Shown: in pieces, positions 36,870 to 46,585 of the stretch
How positions within the stretch are numbered: position 1 is the first letter of the stretch
How the letters are laid out: each line of letters begins with the position of its first letter
Source of the DNA: Actinomycetes bacterium
Lineage (GTDB): Bacteria > Actinomycetota > Acidimicrobiia > Acidimicrobiales > Acidimicrobiaceae
Direction: 5' to 3'
Length of the DNA stretch: 64,000 bases
Assembly (NCBI GenBank): GCA_021799875.1
Contig: JAJYZP010000003.1
Location: forward strand, 216 to 64,215
Notes under the pieces: generated by a model
Seen by the model: the letters and a program-made list of their open reading frames with translations, nothing else
What the model was told of the DNA's origin: nothing
Databases searched by the model: none
Made by a program: the position numbers and the translations under genes

Positions 36870-38535
36870 TTTGATCGATGTCCATGCCCTCCGCTGCTGG
36901 ATGTGCCGAGAGACCAGGCATGGTGGAGATATCACCGCAGATGAGATAGACAAATCCTGCACCGACCGAGGCGCGTGCCTCTCGAACAGGCATTCTCCAC
37001 CCAGTCGGTGCGCCTTTAAGTGATGGATCGGAGGAGATCGAGAGGTGAGTTTTAGCGATAATCACTGGAAGATGTCCGAAGCCATTGGCCTCATACATAT
37101 CGAGCTGGCGAGCTGCAAGAGGAAGGTAGTCGACACCTTCCGCTCCATACACTCTCTCTGCGACGACCTCGATCTTCTCTCGGAGAGGGAGCTCGTCTTG
37201 ATAGAGCAGATGAAAATCATTTTTATCGTTGGAAGCCTCAACGACCATCTCTGCAAGCTCAGTTGCGCCGCTGCCGCCATCGGCGAAGTTGCGACAGAGC
37301 GCCACCCGAGCTCCCATCTCTCGTGCGATCTCAACGATCGCTTGATGCTCAGAATCGAAGTCGCCGGGAAAAACATTGACAGCTACGACTGGGCTCACAC
37401 CGTGGAGCTTGATATTCTCAATCTGTTTGCGGAGGTTGGCACCTCCGGCGAAAACCTCGTCCGGATTTTCTTTGAGCATTTCGGGCGGTAGCGGACGCCC
37501 TGCAACCACTCGATGAGAACCTGAGTGAACCTTTAGGGCGCGCACGGTGGCTACTACAACCGCAGCGTCGGGAGTCAAGCCAGAGGTCCGACACTTGATG
37601 TTGAAGAAGCGTTCAGCACCCATGTCGGCTCCAAAGCCAGCTTCGGTTATGAGGAAGTCGCCCGAGTGGATACCGATGAGATCTGCAACGATTGAGGAGT
37701 TTCCATGGGCGATATTACCGAAGGGTCCTGCGTGGACGAGAACCGGTGTGTTCTCAAGAGTCTGTAGCAGGTTGGGCTTGATAGCGTCGCGCATCATCAC
37801 TGTCATTGCTCCAGCGGCCTTCAACTGTTCAGCAGTGACCGGCTCTCCACCTTTGGTATAGCCAACGACGATCCGTCCGAGTCGGGCTCGTAGGTCATGG
37901 AGGGAGTTTGAGAGCGCGAGTATCCCCATGATCTCTGACGCAGCGGTGATATCAAAGCCTGTCTGGCGAGTGACGCCATCGTTTCTGCCTCCGAGCCCGA
38001 TCACGATATTGCGAAGTGATCGATCGTCTACGTCAAGGACTCGGCGCCAGGTGATGCTATTGAGGTCGAGGTCGAAGTCGTTACCTCGAAAGAGATGGTT
38101 ATCTAACATGGCGGAGAGGAGGTTGTGTGCGCTGGTGACTGCGTGCATATCGCCGGTCAAGTGCAAGTTGAGGAGGTCCATAGGAACCACTTGGCTGTAT
38201 CCGCCGCCCGCAGCGCCACCTTTGATCCCAAAGGTTGGCCCCATTGATGGTTGCCGAATGGAGATCGTCGCCTTCTTGCCAATGTGCTTCATGGCTTGAC
38301 CGAGGCCGACGGTCGTGGTGGTTTTTCCTTCTCCGAGCGGCGTTGGCGTGATTGCGGAGACGACGACGTACTTGGCACGCTCCCGCTGGGAGAGCGCCTC
38401 GATAGCCTCAAGTTGTATCTTGGCGACGTTCGTACCGTAGGTCTCAAGCAGTTCGTCTGGTATGCCCATCTCACGGGCGATCTCGGTAATCGGTCGTAAA
38501 CGTGCTGCTCGCGCGATTGCTAGATCACTCTCCAC
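36844..38535 (-). CDS. fhs: Formate--tetrahydrofolate ligase
   Basis: ITPTPLGEGKTTTTVGL, HGNSS, and FGADMGAERFFNIKCR blocks. 563 aa with a GTG start. Confidence 0.95.
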   Translation of the reverse strand: MESDLAIARAARLRPITEIAREMGIPDELLETYGTNVAKIQLEAIEALSQRERAKYVVVSAITPTPLGEGKTTTTVGLGQAMKHIGKKATISIRQPSMGPTFGIKGGAAGGGYSQVVPMDLLNLHLTGDMHAVTSAHNLLSAMLDNHLFRGNDFDLDLNSITWRRVLDVDDRSLRNIVIGLGGRNDGVTRQTGFDITAASEIMGILALSNSLHDLRARLGRIVVGYTKGGEPVTAEQLKAAGAMTVMMRDAIKPNLLQTLENTPVLVHAGPFGNIAHGNSSIVADLIGIHSGDFLITEAGFGADMGAERFFNIKCRTSGLTPDAAVVVATVRALKVHSGSHRVVAGRPLPPEMLKENPDEVFAGGANLRKQIENIKLHGVSPVVAVNVFPGDFDSEHQAIVEIAREMGARVALCRNFADGGSGATELAEMVVEASNDKNDFHLLYQDELPLREKIEVVAERVYGAEGVDYLPLAARQLDMYEANGFGHLPVIIAKTHLSISSDPSLKGAPTGWRMPVREARASVGAGFVYLICGDISTMPGLSAHPAAEGMDIDQNGEIIGLS

Positions 38536-39474
38536 TGTTGTCCCGCCTTATCTGTTGCATCGTTGTCCCGCTGGCATCTGCGTGCAACCAAGCGCCTTGC
38601 GTCCTGGTTCCTGATCGCAAAGCATAGCTTCGCAGTGGTTCCCCGAGAACCGCATTGTCTCTTCCGACTTGTGGACCGATCTGGAGCGAGGTGCTCTACC
38701 TGCTCATGGTGGCCCATACCTATGGTGTCGAGGACTCGGACGTCGTCGACTTGCTCTGACGCTGCTTCGACGATCGTCGTCGTCGCTAGAGCGTTGTGGA
38801 TGGGCCCGATTTGCTTTTGAGGTGACCTCCAAAGCTCCGAGGATCTGCTCTCGGAGAGCGATAGCGCCTGTCACTACAGGTGGTGGCTTACGGTGGCCTC
38901 GTGCGGGTGCCACCGTGTTGTTGCTTGGTGATAGGGACGGTGTCGAGTGGTTGGGTAACGTGGTGTGATGTAGATCTCGTCCTTCGAGCTAGAGGGAGGA
39001 GGTAGCTGTGTAGCCGATTGAGCGTTCGGCGCTCAGCGACATCTTGTGCTTGCGAGATGCCAGGGCGGTCGGTAGCGTGGCACCGAGGCACCTTTAGGCG
39101 GTGGAGCGACGATCGGTACTTTGGAGTCCGGTTAGTTCCGGACGAAAGAGCAGCTCCCAGGTGAGGTTGCGTCTGGCGCAGCGGTAGCTCTCGAGTTGGG
39201 CGTGGGAAGAAGAAGGGAAAGTGGTGGCCGAAGATTGCAGCTGCGTTCGATGCGACACGTTCGTTCTGTGGTCATGATGCTGGGTTTATGCGAGTCTGTA
39301 CCGTTTTAGCTCTCAACTAAGTTAAGCCGCACGATCTCGCTTGCTGAACACGTTTTAACATCGTGGGCGTGAGAAAAGTAGCTCGCTGCTTCGGTCAAGG
39401 CGTGCGCAGGTAGTGTCGCACTTCTTACGTTCGGCGGAACTGAAGGTTCGTTGACCGTGTGCGGTGTTCCTGCG

Positions 39475-40488
39475 CTATCGACCGTTGCGATATGAGGCAG
39501 CGAGTGCCTTTAACTTGTCGTGGGTACCGTTACGAAAAGGTAACTGCGGAAGGTGTCGCTTCTCTATTTTGGCGATGGATGTGTAGTTCGTGTCACACAC
39601 GTTGGCAAGCGGCGATTGGACGGCTTGGGATACGAACTGGTACGCATCCATGTGGGAGAGCCCAAGTTCCTCAGCTACCCAGTTGACCATATCGAGTTGG
39701 GCGATGCGAAATGCGTCTTCGAGGGGTCGAGCCGAGCCGGTGGAGAGGATGTGCGTATCGCTCTCGAGACGGGGCCAAGGTGTCGTCACACCCTTGATCA
39801 GATCGATGACAACAACGGTATTCATGGCACACTCCACGGCTACCCCGCACGTCTCGCCTTCGCCCTGTCGGGCGTGGCCATCGCCGAGAGAGAAGAGAGC
39901 GCCCTCCACGTTTACCCCGAGGTAGCACGTTACACCTTCCCGCATCTCGGGTGTGTCAAGGTTTCCACCGTGGGCATCTGGAACAAGAGCAGATCGAACT
40001 TCTAAATTTGCTGGTGCTACACCGACGGTCCCATGCATGGGATCCATCGGAAGCGTAGTGGTAAAGTCAGAGTGCTTTGCACTGAAGCGACACGTTCTTG
40101 CTTGTCGGTCAAGCTCCCAAATCCAGACCAGTTCGGGGAGCGGGTCGTGAAGGGAGGCTGTGAGATGTGTGGAGGTCAGGGCCCCAAAGAGTGGCACTGT
40201 GGTCGAGACAGCCCAGTCTCTTGCCGGCTCGATCGAGATGAAGTGCACGGCAATGGTGTCGCCCACCTCTGCGCCTTCAACGTAGAACGGACCGGTCTGT
40301 GGATTGAGGAATGGGAACTCGCAGACCACAGAGACGAGATCATCCTCGGATTGGATCTTGCCGGCGAAGCAGTCCTCGGTAAAGAGCTCCACCACGGTAC
40401 CAGGAGCGATAGTTGCGACCGGTGCCGCACCTCCGAAGGTCCACACGTAAGAGTCAGGGGTCGGAGTGTACGCTACAACGTTGGGCAC
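39475..40488 (-). CDS. Acetamidase/formamidase family amidohydrolase
   Basis: FmdA/AmdA-like blocks NPQTGPFYVEGAEVGD, GGNLD and GDGHARQGEGE. GTG start with GAGGAG 8 nt upstream. Confidence 0.85.
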   Translation of the reverse strand: MPNVVAYTPTPDSYVWTFGGAAPVATIAPGTVVELFTEDCFAGKIQSEDDLVSVVCEFPFLNPQTGPFYVEGAEVGDTIAVHFISIEPARDWAVSTTVPLFGALTSTHLTASLHDPLPELVWIWELDRQARTCRFSAKHSDFTTTLPMDPMHGTVGVAPANLEVRSALVPDAHGGNLDTPEMREGVTCYLGVNVEGALFSLGDGHARQGEGETCGVAVECAMNTVVVIDLIKGVTTPWPRLESDTHILSTGSARPLEDAFRIAQLDMVNWVAEELGLSHMDAYQFVSQAVQSPLANVCDTNYTSIAKIEKRHLPQLPFRNGTHDKLKALAASYRNGR

Positions 40489-40548
40489 GGGTAGATCTCC
40501 TCTTTCTAAGGCTTAAAAACTACTGTACTACAAATGCTTGGGATCTCC

Positions 40549-40584
40549 GAGGAGGGACCACGCTGTGTGTCGTGGTCCCTCCTC
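40549..40584 (-). terminator. 14-bp perfect stem-loop between the APC permease and the formamidase
   Basis: GAGGAGGGACCACG (40549-40562), loop CTGTGTGT, CGTGGTCCCTCCTC (40571-40584). No adjacent U-tract. Confidence 0.45.
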
Positions 40585-40610
40585 ACTGACATCGGACTTG
40601 TGGAGAGGCT

Positions 40611-40636
40611 GAGATCTGAATCGGCACTCAGATCTC
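40611..40636 (-). terminator. 9-bp perfect stem-loop just downstream of the APC permease stop
   Basis: GAGATCTGA (40611-40619), loop ATCGGCAC, TCAGATCTC (40628-40636). Confidence 0.4.
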
Positions 40637-40673
40637 GCCCGAACTCCGCCCGTACCGAGGGTGGTACGGTTGT

Positions 40674-42140
40674 CTAGTTCGACGAGACGTTCACAGCGTT
40701 TGGATCCTCGGTGAAGACGTCCGCAATTGCACCGATTGCTTGCGGAGACTTGGCTCGCTTGTAAAAGAGGAAGACGATACCGAGGACCATCCAGACTCCG
40801 ACGATCGGTCCAGCGTAGGAGATCGGCGCCGGGAGCGGTGAGATGAAAGAGAACACGGGAATTCCCGCGCCGGCGAACAGCGCCGGTACCAACACGACCA
40901 TACCGATAATAGGTATTACACCGTGGAGCAGGATATGAAAGTGTTCCCGTTCGTGTCTTAGGAAGTACACCAGCGAGGCAAGGTTCATCAAAATGTAGAC
41001 AGCAACGACGACAATGGTTATGATCGTGCCGTCGACGGCGAAACCGTTGATCGGGTTGTACTCCAGTCCAAGGAAGAGCGTCGCTACCACGGTGATCACG
41101 AGCTGTGTGATCGCTGCCGTACTCGGAGTTTTGTACTTCTGGCTAATCTGTGCCAGCGCTTTCGGAAAGACGTTGACGCGTGCGAGAGCGTAGCCCATAC
41201 GGGTGGAGACGTTTGTGCCCGCATTGCCGTTGGCCAGAGTCGAATTGATAATCGCAAAGAAGACCAAGATCCAAAACAAGCCAAAGGAGCTCTTAGCAAG
41301 CGCCTGCCACGACGAGGCCGAGTTGAACGTTGCGAACTTCCCGGGACCGTAAAAGACCGTCACCGCATAGGTCGTAAAGACGTAGAAGATACCGATTCCG
41401 AGGGTGGCGGCGAGTATGCCGCGACGGATCGTAACCTTGGGTGACTTCGCCTCTTCTGCAAGTGGAGCGGCAGCTTCGAATCCAGCGAAAGCGAGGAGCG
41501 AGTAGACCGAACCTGCAATGACCCCGGTTATGCCATGAAATGCTTTTGGTGTATCGGTGGTCCCAAAGACCGACATGGTATTGTGTCCGCCAGCTTTTGC
41601 AATGAAAAGGACTGCAAGTACGCCGAAGACGACGATCTCGATCGCACCGAGAATCGTGCCTGCCCGTGCGGATGTTGTGATGCCTCGATAGTTAATCGTG
41701 AAGACGATGAGCATCCCAACAAGCGACCAGGGCCACCAAAGATTGGCAGGATAGCTATGAAACTCTAAGTTGAGCGTCGCCGCCACGGTGAAGCCGAGCT
41801 GTAAGAAGACGAGAGCGGGTACGAGGGCGTAGACAAAGACGTAGCCCCATCCAATGAAGAATCCGACGATTGGATGTAGGGCCTTAGCGCCGTAGGCAGC
41901 CAAGGAACCTGCTGAGGGGATACGGCTTGCCAGCTCGCCGATCGATACTGCGGTAAACATGCACGCTATGAGCGCTAAAAGCACAGAGAACGGAAGGTTT
42001 CCGCCAGCAAACGCTGCGCCGGCAGGAATCGACGCAGCTACGGCAGCACCAGGCGCCATAGCGGTAATACTCTGAAACGTTACTTCGCGTAGACCAATGG
42101 CCCCCCGTCTCAGTTCAGGAACTGCGACACCATCTGTCAT
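40674..42140 (-). CDS. APC superfamily amino-acid/polyamine permease
   Basis: About 12 TM segments with an N-terminal pattern typical of APC permeases. 488 aa. Confidence 0.85.
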   Translation of the reverse strand: MTDGVAVPELRRGAIGLREVTFQSITAMAPGAAVAASIPAGAAFAGGNLPFSVLLALIACMFTAVSIGELASRIPSAGSLAAYGAKALHPIVGFFIGWGYVFVYALVPALVFLQLGFTVAATLNLEFHSYPANLWWPWSLVGMLIVFTINYRGITTSARAGTILGAIEIVVFGVLAVLFIAKAGGHNTMSVFGTTDTPKAFHGITGVIAGSVYSLLAFAGFEAAAPLAEEAKSPKVTIRRGILAATLGIGIFYVFTTYAVTVFYGPGKFATFNSASSWQALAKSSFGLFWILVFFAIINSTLANGNAGTNVSTRMGYALARVNVFPKALAQISQKYKTPSTAAITQLVITVVATLFLGLEYNPINGFAVDGTIITIVVVAVYILMNLASLVYFLRHEREHFHILLHGVIPIIGMVVLVPALFAGAGIPVFSFISPLPAPISYAGPIVGVWMVLGIVFLFYKRAKSPQAIGAIADVFTEDPNAVNVSSN

Positions 42141-42786
42141 GTATCCTCACTTTCATGGTTCCGACAACCCGTAAGTTGTTTGAGATAACGTAGCGTAGAT
42201 ACTGCGGTCGTGCTGGGTGAACAGTGTTAATTCTGAGAAAACGTTGAAATAATCGTCGAACCTGGGCTCTCAAGGGGTGGTGCTGTGCCTTTTTCCCTGA
42301 CTGGGATCGCTCTCTAACTCTTAAGTCGCCCCTTGCATGAAGATACGTGAAGCTTGAGCTCTTAGAGTTCTTGGTACCCAGCGCTTGGAGCCACGCAATC
42401 ATTGGTGCGAAGATCTACCCCGTAAGCTCAAGAGCGCCTGTTCGGTAGCGGTCTTGGAGTTCAAGGCCACAGATCTGTGAGACCGTTCACATCGGCCAAT
42501 GGCTGAACCGGATCTTCTTCGCTAGGTTCTGCTACGCATCGAACTCGTTTTGATGCGCCAGAGTCGAAACTCCCCGCTGTCGTGGTCGCACTGGTATGGC
42601 ATTCGTGGGTTGGTCCAATCGAGGTGACCGTAGAGCTCTTCGACAAGTTAGAGGGCTAGGGTGCTCCGCAGTCGTAGATGGTCGGTGCATGGCGGTGTGA
42701 GGTGAGAGCACAGGTGCGCTCACGTACGAGTGCGTGTGCCTGTGACAGATGGAGGCTCGATTCCCCTTGGTATCGGTCGATAGTCC

Positions 42787-43623
42787 CTAGGTGGGGGTTC
42801 GATCCAGGCGAGTGTGACGAGCTAGAAGACGAGCTGGCCGAAGGCGAGTCGGGCCTATGAAACGGCTGGCGACGAAAACGAGGGCGCCGAAAGATCCAAC
42901 GAAGAATCCGACTGGAAGATTGGTCGTAAAACCGAGGGCAATCGATATCCATACGATGCCGAGTGCGATGACTGAAGAGAGCACCGTTGCGAGATGTGGT
43001 CGAGAGGTGAGAGCTCGGGCAGCTGCTGGAGGAGCGGTGAGGAGACTAAAGACCAAGAGTGCCCCCACGATTGGTAGAGCAACCGCCGTCACCGCAGCGA
43101 CGAGTATGAGAAAGACCGTTTCTAACACGGGCTCTGAGATAGCTTGTGCACCCGTGAGTTCAGGGAGGATGCTGCTTCTGAGAAGTGGACGATAGATGGC
43201 AAGCGTCACGACGACGATGATCACTGCGACAGCAGCGATGATTGGAATCTCGCTTCTCGAGACCCCTAAGAGTTGGCCGAAGAGCAGACCATAGACGCTC
43301 GATGCGTACGCACCTGACTGAGAGAGAAAGAGCGCACCGAGGCCGAGGAGGAAGACCATGGCAAGAGCGGTGGCCGTGTCCTTCGTCGAGCGCCTTCTCA
43401 ACGCGGTCATTAAGAACGCTGATAGAAGCGAGAAGACCCCGAGCCCAATGAGGGAGCTGACGCCAACGAGCGCCGCGGCACCGGCGCCGGCGAATGCCCC
43501 GGTCGGGAGAGCGTGGGCAACGAAGGTGGATTGCCGAAGTACCACGAAGAAGCCGACGAGGCCGGAGATGATCGCGATGATCGTGGCCGCTTCCCAGGTT
43601 GCGATTGCGTATGGTGCAAACAC
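42787..43623 (-). CDS. Metal ABC transporter permease (ABC-3 family)
   Basis: 8 to 9 TM segments with ABC-3/ZnuB-like composition. It is the last gene of the four-gene operon. Confidence 0.85.
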   Translation of the reverse strand: MFAPYAIATWEAATIIAIISGLVGFFVVLRQSTFVAHALPTGAFAGAGAAALVGVSSLIGLGVFSLLSAFLMTALRRRSTKDTATALAMVFLLGLGALFLSQSGAYASSVYGLLFGQLLGVSRSEIPIIAAVAVIIVVVTLAIYRPLLRSSILPELTGAQAISEPVLETVFLILVAAVTAVALPIVGALLVFSLLTAPPAAARALTSRPHLATVLSSVIALGIVWISIALGFTTNLPVGFFVGSFGALVFVASRFIGPTRLRPARLLARHTRLDRTPT

Positions 43624-44561
43624 TACTTACTCACCAGAGCTGAGGAGGATGGAGGTGTTGGTGCACTTCGTGGTTCGTCTTTCGTGAGATGCTCGCCCAC
43701 GGTGTGCGTTCGACGTGGAACGAGGAAGAATACAAGGGTAAGGAGGGCGACGATACAGAAGCTCACCGGCCAACCTACGCCTTGTGAAGTCCAAGCGACG
43801 CTGTCGTAGGAGAGCAGTATGCCAGCCAGTGTCACTCCGATGCCGATGGCGATCGAGAGGACGAGAGCGCTGCGGATCGAGTGGGTGCGACGGGTCGCGA
43901 TAGTCGGTGGACCGATGAGGAGTGCCGTTGAGAGGATTGCTCCGGTCAGAAGCGCCGAAAGTGAAACCGCTGCCGCCAGTGCCAAGAGAAAGACCAGACT
44001 GATCCATCGAACTCGTACTCCTTGAACCTGTGCAAGCTCTGGACTGACTGAGCTCAGGAGGAGAGGACGATAGATCCATGCAATCGTAAAGATCGAGACA
44101 GATCCGATCCCGATTGCTAGTGGCAGCGAGTTCGATGGAAGGGTGAACAAGGATCCGAACAGGACGCTTACCGTCGTACCGGTCGAGGTCGTAAGCGTGG
44201 TGTCGAGGTAGAGTAAGAGAGCGGCTATGCCGAGAATTGCTCCGAGGACCACGCCAGTAACGAGATCTCTTCCGCGCACTCGCTTGGGTTGAAACGCTTC
44301 GAGGGTAAGTGCTCCGATGAGGTTCATGGCAACGAAGCCGAGGAGGGGACTGATGTTGGCAAGGGCCGCCCCCGAGCCTCCCGCGGCACCGATGTCGGAG
44401 AGCGCGTGACCCGCAAAGGATTGTCCTCGAACGACGGTAAAGAGACCGACGACCGACGAGACAGTGGCACTCAAGGCTCCTACGACGATCGCCGTTCGTA
44501 CGGCCGGGTTCGTAAGAAAGCCAGCAGCTACGATGTCATGGAGTAGCGTGCTGATGATCAT
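43623..44561 (-). CDS. Metal ABC transporter permease (ABC-3 family), second copy
   Basis: A polytopic paralogue of the neighbouring permease. Its stop overlaps the next start. Confidence 0.85.
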   Translation of the reverse strand: MIISTLLHDIVAAGFLTNPAVRTAIVVGALSATVSSVVGLFTVVRGQSFAGHALSDIGAAGGSGAALANISPLLGFVAMNLIGALTLEAFQPKRVRGRDLVTGVVLGAILGIAALLLYLDTTLTTSTGTTVSVLFGSLFTLPSNSLPLAIGIGSVSIFTIAWIYRPLLLSSVSPELAQVQGVRVRWISLVFLLALAAAVSLSALLTGAILSTALLIGPPTIATRRTHSIRSALVLSIAIGIGVTLAGILLSYDSVAWTSQGVGWPVSFCIVALLTLVFFLVPRRTHTVGEHLTKDEPRSAPTPPSSSALVSK

Positions 44562-45409
44562 GGCTGAGACCTAGTCAAATTTCGATTTGGATGTTGTTGG
44601 TCGTAATCGTGGTGGGAGGAACTGTCACGTCCTGGTACGACGACGACACGACCGTTGACTCGGATGACCTCGACGTGATGGCCGTAAAGCGCGCTAAGGG
44701 ACGAGGTTGTAACCACCTCCTCGGTAGGTCCACTGGCGAGTTTCGACTCGGCAAGATAGATTACCTGGTCGACAACTTCAAGAATGGGGTTGAGGTCGTG
44801 GGCCGAGAGCAAAATCGCGAGCCCGGTCGTTGCCTTGAGCGAAGTCAAGAGCTGAACAACCTCGTTTTCGGCTCGGACATCTAAGTTCGCAAGGGGTTCG
44901 TCAAGTAAGAGTAGGTCTGGTCGTCCAACGAGGGCGTGCGCTATCATCGCTCGCTGCTGTTCACCGCCGGAGAGAAGTCCGACGCGTCGGTCTGCGAGGT
45001 GGCTCATGCCCACAGATTGCAACGCCTCCTCTACTCGTTTGAATCGCTCCTTCTTGGTGATTGAACGACGTAGCCCGCGTCCGTTGATGCCGAGCTCAAC
45101 GAGGTCGAACGTTCGGATCGGGACGTCAGGATCGAGATTGATCTTCTGTGGCACGTAGCCGATCGACGGTCGACCGTGCTCACCAAAGTTTTGAGACCGA
45201 ATCGTTCCAGACTCGTGCGGGATGAGTCCGAGAATGGTTTTGAGCAGCGTGGTTTTCCCCGCACCGTTGGCGCCGATGAGACCCGTCAGTGTGGTGTGGT
45301 TGAGCGTAAAACTCGCATCGGTTAGGATCCGTCTTCCGCCGACGACGATGTTGAGATCGACGACTTCGAGTGCGGGGTTTGAACTGTTGGAAGAGCGACC
45401 TTGATTCAT
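44558..45409 (-). CDS. Metal ABC transporter ATP-binding protein
   Basis: Walker A GANGAGKTTLLK, signature LSGGEQQR, Walker B LLLLDEP. Confidence 0.9.
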   Translation of the reverse strand: MNQGRSSNSSNPALEVVDLNIVVGGRRILTDASFTLNHTTLTGLIGANGAGKTTLLKTILGLIPHESGTIRSQNFGEHGRPSIGYVPQKINLDPDVPIRTFDLVELGINGRGLRRSITKKERFKRVEEALQSVGMSHLADRRVGLLSGGEQQRAMIAHALVGRPDLLLLDEPLANLDVRAENEVVQLLTSLKATTGLAILLSAHDLNPILEVVDQVIYLAESKLASGPTEEVVTTSSLSALYGHHVEVIRVNGRVVVVPGRDSSSHHDYDQQHPNRNLTRSQP

Positions 45410-46404
45410 CGGTCTAATCCAGTGGTGGAGATGTGTGAGCTGAACGCTCGGCGAAGTGCCGTTAGCTCAAGGGTCATCCAGCTTTGGTAGCTCGAGGCTG
45501 CACTGGGCATTGTTTCGTAGACCGCCACGATGGGCACCTTAGCTTGACGGGCAGCATCGATGAAGCTCTGCGTCAGCGGATCCGTTACTTGGACATTGTA
45601 GACCAGTGCGCTAACGAGATGGTGGGAGAGCAGACGATTCTCTGTGGTGACGCTCTGAGGGGAGGGATCGGTACCGTTCATGATTGCACTCTGCAGCGCC
45701 CATGGCGTCTTTACCTGAACTCCAAGTGCGGCCAGGAGGTAGTCAGCGACGGGTTCGGTCGTCGCAACACTCTTCCCGGCAAATCTAGCTTTGAAGCGTT
45801 GAATCGCCGAGAGCAGCGAGTTGTACGAGATGAGAAACTTCTTTTCCTGAATCTGAAAGTACGTCTTGTGGGCCGGTTCGAGGTGTGCGAGGTCTCGCTC
45901 GAGCACTTCGGAAACGATTCTCATGGTCGTAGGTGAGTACCAGAGATGAGGATTCTTGGTCGAACTCGGCAGGTGAAGAAGGTTCTGGACATTCAGAACG
46001 ACTCGTTTGGGAGCTGGCGAAGCAGCGAGCAGTTTGGTGAGAAAGGAATCGTAGCCGAGCCCGTTTTGAATCACGAGGTTTGCGCCGCTCACGACCTGAG
46101 CCACCGAGGGTGAGACCTCGTACGTGTGGGGATCGGTATTGGGATTCGACATAATGGACGACACGTGTACGAAACGCCCTCCGATCTGCTGTGCAATGTT
46201 CCCGTACTCGTTTTCGCCGGCCACGATCGAGAGAACTTTGTCCGAAGAGCTCGATGCCCCCGCCAAGGAAGTGCAGCTAGACAAGGTGATCACGAGGGCC
46301 ATGCCAACGGCGATCCGTGGAAGGAGTGAGGACAAGTGGTGCGGGGAACGAGGCTTTGGAACCTCGATGGCTGTGTCGCTGGTACCTGCACGTGTCAAGG
46401 TCAT
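45406..46404 (-). CDS. Metal ABC transporter substrate-binding lipoprotein (cluster A-I, ZnuA/TroA-like)
   Basis: Lipobox LSSC after a hydrophobic signal segment. ZnuA/TroA-like blocks NPHTYE and NPHLWYSP. Confidence 0.85.
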   Translation of the reverse strand: MTLTRAGTSDTAIEVPKPRSPHHLSSLLPRIAVGMALVITLSSCTSLAGASSSSDKVLSIVAGENEYGNIAQQIGGRFVHVSSIMSNPNTDPHTYEVSPSVAQVVSGANLVIQNGLGYDSFLTKLLAASPAPKRVVLNVQNLLHLPSSTKNPHLWYSPTTMRIVSEVLERDLAHLEPAHKTYFQIQEKKFLISYNSLLSAIQRFKARFAGKSVATTEPVADYLLAALGVQVKTPWALQSAIMNGTDPSPQSVTTENRLLSHHLVSALVYNVQVTDPLTQSFIDAARQAKVPIVAVYETMPSAASSYQSWMTLELTALRRAFSSHISTTGLDR

Positions 46405-46419
46405 GCTCTCAGTATAGAG

Positions 46420-46448
46420 ACAATAATGAGACTCATTCTCATTATTGT
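46420..46448. promoter_or_regulatory. AT-rich palindromic operator resembling a Fur-family (Zur-like) box
   Basis: ACAATAATGAGA-ctcat-TCTCATTATTGT forms 12-bp perfect inverted arms. The core AATAATGAGACTCATTCTC matches 15 of 19 positions of the classical GATAATGATAATCATTATC box. It lies 16 nt upstream of the binding-protein start. Confidence 0.55.
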
Positions 46449-46585
46449 CGTGGTGCGGCCCTGACCTGGCTACGTCGGTAGGTGTCGTACGTGGACTCGA
46501 AATCGCTGTCGGTGATGGTGAGTGAGGTCATCGAGTTACGAAATCGTGCGCACTCACGATGACTGAGGTCGCTGAGGCGTTGAAT

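Noticed and set aside
38536-38720. Expected a ZTP (pfl) or THF riboswitch in the fhs leader
   Set aside because: On the minus strand I could not find the GGGTCGTGAC…CCGGGCGGA…CCGCCTGGGCA elements or anything similar. It is not called and needs a covariance-model scan to be sure.
42793-42805. GGGGGTTCGATCC, reminiscent of a tRNA T-arm, considered as a tRNA or an att-site remnant
   Set aside because: The flanks do not form a T-stem, acceptor stem or anticodon arm. The sequence also lies inside the 3' end of the ABC permease CDS.
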